A stretch of DNA of 64,000 nucleotides, from contig NW_003314261.1 of NCBI RefSeq assembly GCF_000143415.4, forward strand, positions 1,227,674-1,291,673, in the 5' to 3' direction. A program made the translations under genes and the position numbers. The notes under the pieces were generated by a model. The model made no database searches. It was not told where the DNA came from and was given only the letters and a program-made list of their open reading frames with translations. This document shows positions 61,401 through 64,000 of this stretch, in pieces. Source of the DNA: Selaginella moellendorffii. Lineage: Eukaryota; Plantae; Lycopodiophyta. The number at the start of each line of letters is the position of its first letter. Position 1 is the stretch's first letter.

Positions 61401-64000
61401 CGCTTTCAACGTCCTCCTGTTTGGCTTGTGTAACGCACAATGTTCCATTTGTCTGGGCTGAGTCCCAGCAACAAGCCTTTGAATCACTAAAGTAGTCACT
61501 CTGCACAGCCTCTTTTACAGCGACCGATTCACAATCCTCGTACTTTATCTTGGATTGTGACCATCCAAGAGTTCCAGCCAACTTTTGACATGTGGCGGAA
61601 GCATGTGATGGATCCGAGCGAGTTCCTGGTTGCTAAAGCTACTTCCTTTAAGGTCCCAGCAGCATTACAGGACATTGCAGTGTACCTGGATTCAAGTCAA
61701 TTCCCAGCAGATTCCTCACCAATGCAACAAAAGGCATTGGAGATCCGAGCATGGGGGTTTTGCCTTCTCGATGGACTCCTTTACAGGAAGACTTCTTAGG
61801 AAGTTTTGTTGCGGTGTATGGGGGAACACGAGGTCCCTGAGCTCCTTCGCGCTTTCCACTCTTGTGCGGGGCATTTCTCGAGACAGGTCACAGCATAGCT
61901 CCTCTTGCGCCATGGCTACTTTTGGCCTCGGATTCACCAGGACAGCTTGGCCTATGCAAACACATGTGAGCAATGCCAACAGTTCAACCCTTGGAGCCAT
62001 GTTCCACGTCTTCCTTTCCAGCTCATTACTTCTCCGGGTCCCTTTTTCCAGTGGGGACTTGACTTCGTCGGCCCAATCAACCCACCGAGCTCAAAAGGAC
62101 AGCGTTATATCATCGTGGCGACAGACTATTTCACAAAATGGGTTGAGGCCACCCCTCTGTGATAGGCAGATCAACAGTCTATAGCAAAGTTTGTCTACGA
62201 GTACATCATTTGCCGATTCGGAGTTCCTACTATTTTGATTTCCGATCGTGGCAGCGGCTTCCTTGGACAGGTGATGCAGCATCTTCTCCAGCAGCTGCAG
62301 GTCAAGCACGTGAAGAGCAGCAACTATTATCCTGAGTGCAATGGCTAGGCAGAGTCTAGCAACAAGATATTGAAGACAGTCATCTCAAAGCTTGTGGAGG
62401 ATCATCCGAGGCGTTGGCATGAGCACTTGGTTATGGCATTGTGGGCCTTTTGGACATCCTTCAAGACATCCATCTTTGCAACCCCATTCTTCCTTGTCTA
62501 TGGGATAGAGGCCATGCTTCCAATGGAGATCCAAGTGCCATCACTCTCACTTTCACTTCGATACGTAGCAACAATGCAACTTAGCGATGAGGACAAGCTT
62601 CATGCACGTGACTTGGAGGTTCTTGCCTTGGAAGAACAGTGACAATCCACATCAAAACATCTCCTTCAAGGCAAGCAGAAGATCAAGTTAGCCATTGATC
62701 ACCAATGGTCTACCAAACCATTCGAGGATGGCGATCTTGTTCTACTCAAGGGGTTTATGCCGCCTTCGAAATTCTCCCCTACTTTGTCTAGTGGCACATC
62801 GGAGGTGGAGCATATATCCTAGTTGATGCTGATGGATGTGAGCTCTCACACGCTCACAACCACTCTCATCTCAAACGCTTCATCCGGTGAGGCGTTCCTC
62901 TTCTCTTCTTTTTCTTTTCTTCCTGTCTTTCACTTTACTTTCATGACTCCTTTTCTTACTTTTAGAGGGTGTTTCTCCATTGTACCATGGCCCATGCCTT
63001 GGATTTTGTGCTCAGGCTGCATTGCCATTTGTATGGAGGTTCCTTGCTTGGCTTGGTCTATGTTTTAGGTTCTTTGGCCCTTCCCTTACCATTACTACAC
63101 CCCACACATTCCTCTCACTCATCCCATATCATCTACACTCACAGTTCCATCAGCAATCACTTCCAGCAGCGTTTCCTGCACTTATCTCTAGATGCCCATC
63201 TTGCATCTTTCATTCCTTCACCATCATTCACATCTCCGCTTGAGGTCATATTTACACCATACCATGGATACACATACATGCACCAGCAGCAAAAGACACC
63301 ACCTCATTTGGACTCACCGTTTCCAAGATATCCTTATGACCATTTGCCAACGACGCACTAGCATTTTTGGAGTGACTTTCTTCTAACCAGGTGAGCCTGT
63401 TCACTCAAGGCACCTAGGTGGATCTTTAGGCGAGGCTATAGAAGTCGAAGCCACTTTCTTCTACTCTAGCACTCAGTGGACACATACCACCTCTCTTTAC
63501 CGGCAACACAGTGACTATACTATCCTTTTCAGATGCTAACTTCTTCAGTCCGACACATTAGACTAGCCACCTTCTCAGAGTGCCACCACCATCTTGGCGC
63601 TCCACCATATCACTCCATCATATCAGTGCTGGAGTAGGTGCATAAGTAGGAGTGAGAGCATGTGGTTACCGGTTACAGGTCCCTAGTTGCTGATTACTAG
63701 TTACTGGTTACCGGTTACCAGTTACTCCGAGTGGTCAGCACTTACACTATAGGCCAACGGTTATCAATGGCTACCTTTTCAGAGTGCCACCATCATCTCG
63801 GTGCTCCACCATATCACTCCATCTTTTATCATTTTCACACTTACCACCCTTGGGTAATGCATCCCCTCTTCTACCTCTCTTTCTTTCTAAAATTCGGCCA
63901 ATCCTTAGAGCATACTGGAAGTCATCAAGAGGTTGCATTTGCATATTACACTTTCCTAAGTCAAAATCTATATACAGGTTAAGTTCTTTGGGTACTTACT
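58490..64000 (+). mobile_element. Decayed non-chromovirus Ty3/gypsy element (5' LTR 58490-58684, tRNA-Trp-like PBS, gag, truncated RT, integrase); 3' end not located in the window
   Basis: TGTTAGG...CCAACA then tggtgaacccaatatga. RT: PFIDAIVDEMARHRYYSFMDGFLGYNQI..AFRTPWG..FGLCNA. Integrase: GYFWP..CEQCQ..WGLDFVGPI..ATDYFTKWVEA. Most of RT/RNase H is deleted. Confidence 0.88.

Overview
Repeat-dense nuclear DNA from a land plant, most likely a fern (tRNA-Met primer sites, CCCTAAA repeats, and a PLS-E PPR remnant with a fern-like ACKKWKNV motif; the taxon is an inference). Most of the window is nested, decayed LTR retroelements: Ty3/gypsy fragments, solo LTRs, and two TRIM families with clear target-site duplications (TSDs). 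The only apparently intact host-type gene is an extremely AT-rich, secreted bulb-type lectin (31525-32388). Two DNA-transposon systems stand out. (1) A 13.1-kb Sola-like element (44394-57476; 24-bp TIRs, 4-bp TSD TCTT) encodes a ~1020-aa DDE/D transposase. It also carries a divergently oriented 10-exon, ~1590-codon accessory gene that I read as ParB-like domain + degenerate amino-DNA-methyltransferase-like fold + acidic linker + FCP1/NIF-type HAD phosphatase. More than 20 copies of a 22-bp palindrome (consensus ATGGCRTGWGGCCWCAYGCCAT) are scattered through it, concentrated in introns and UTRs. A 286-bp MITE with the same ends lies at 29780-30065. (2) A Mutator-like element with a GCM/WRKY-type zinc finger, MULE and SWIM domains (21383-24450) has a rearranged second copy at 34.6-37.1 kb. 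That copy is linked to an independent ParB + beta-class N4C/N6A methyltransferase pseudogene (38.6-42.2 kb) that appears to have been present in both arms of very long inverted repeats. Domain calls come from motif recognition by eye and need HMM or structure confirmation.
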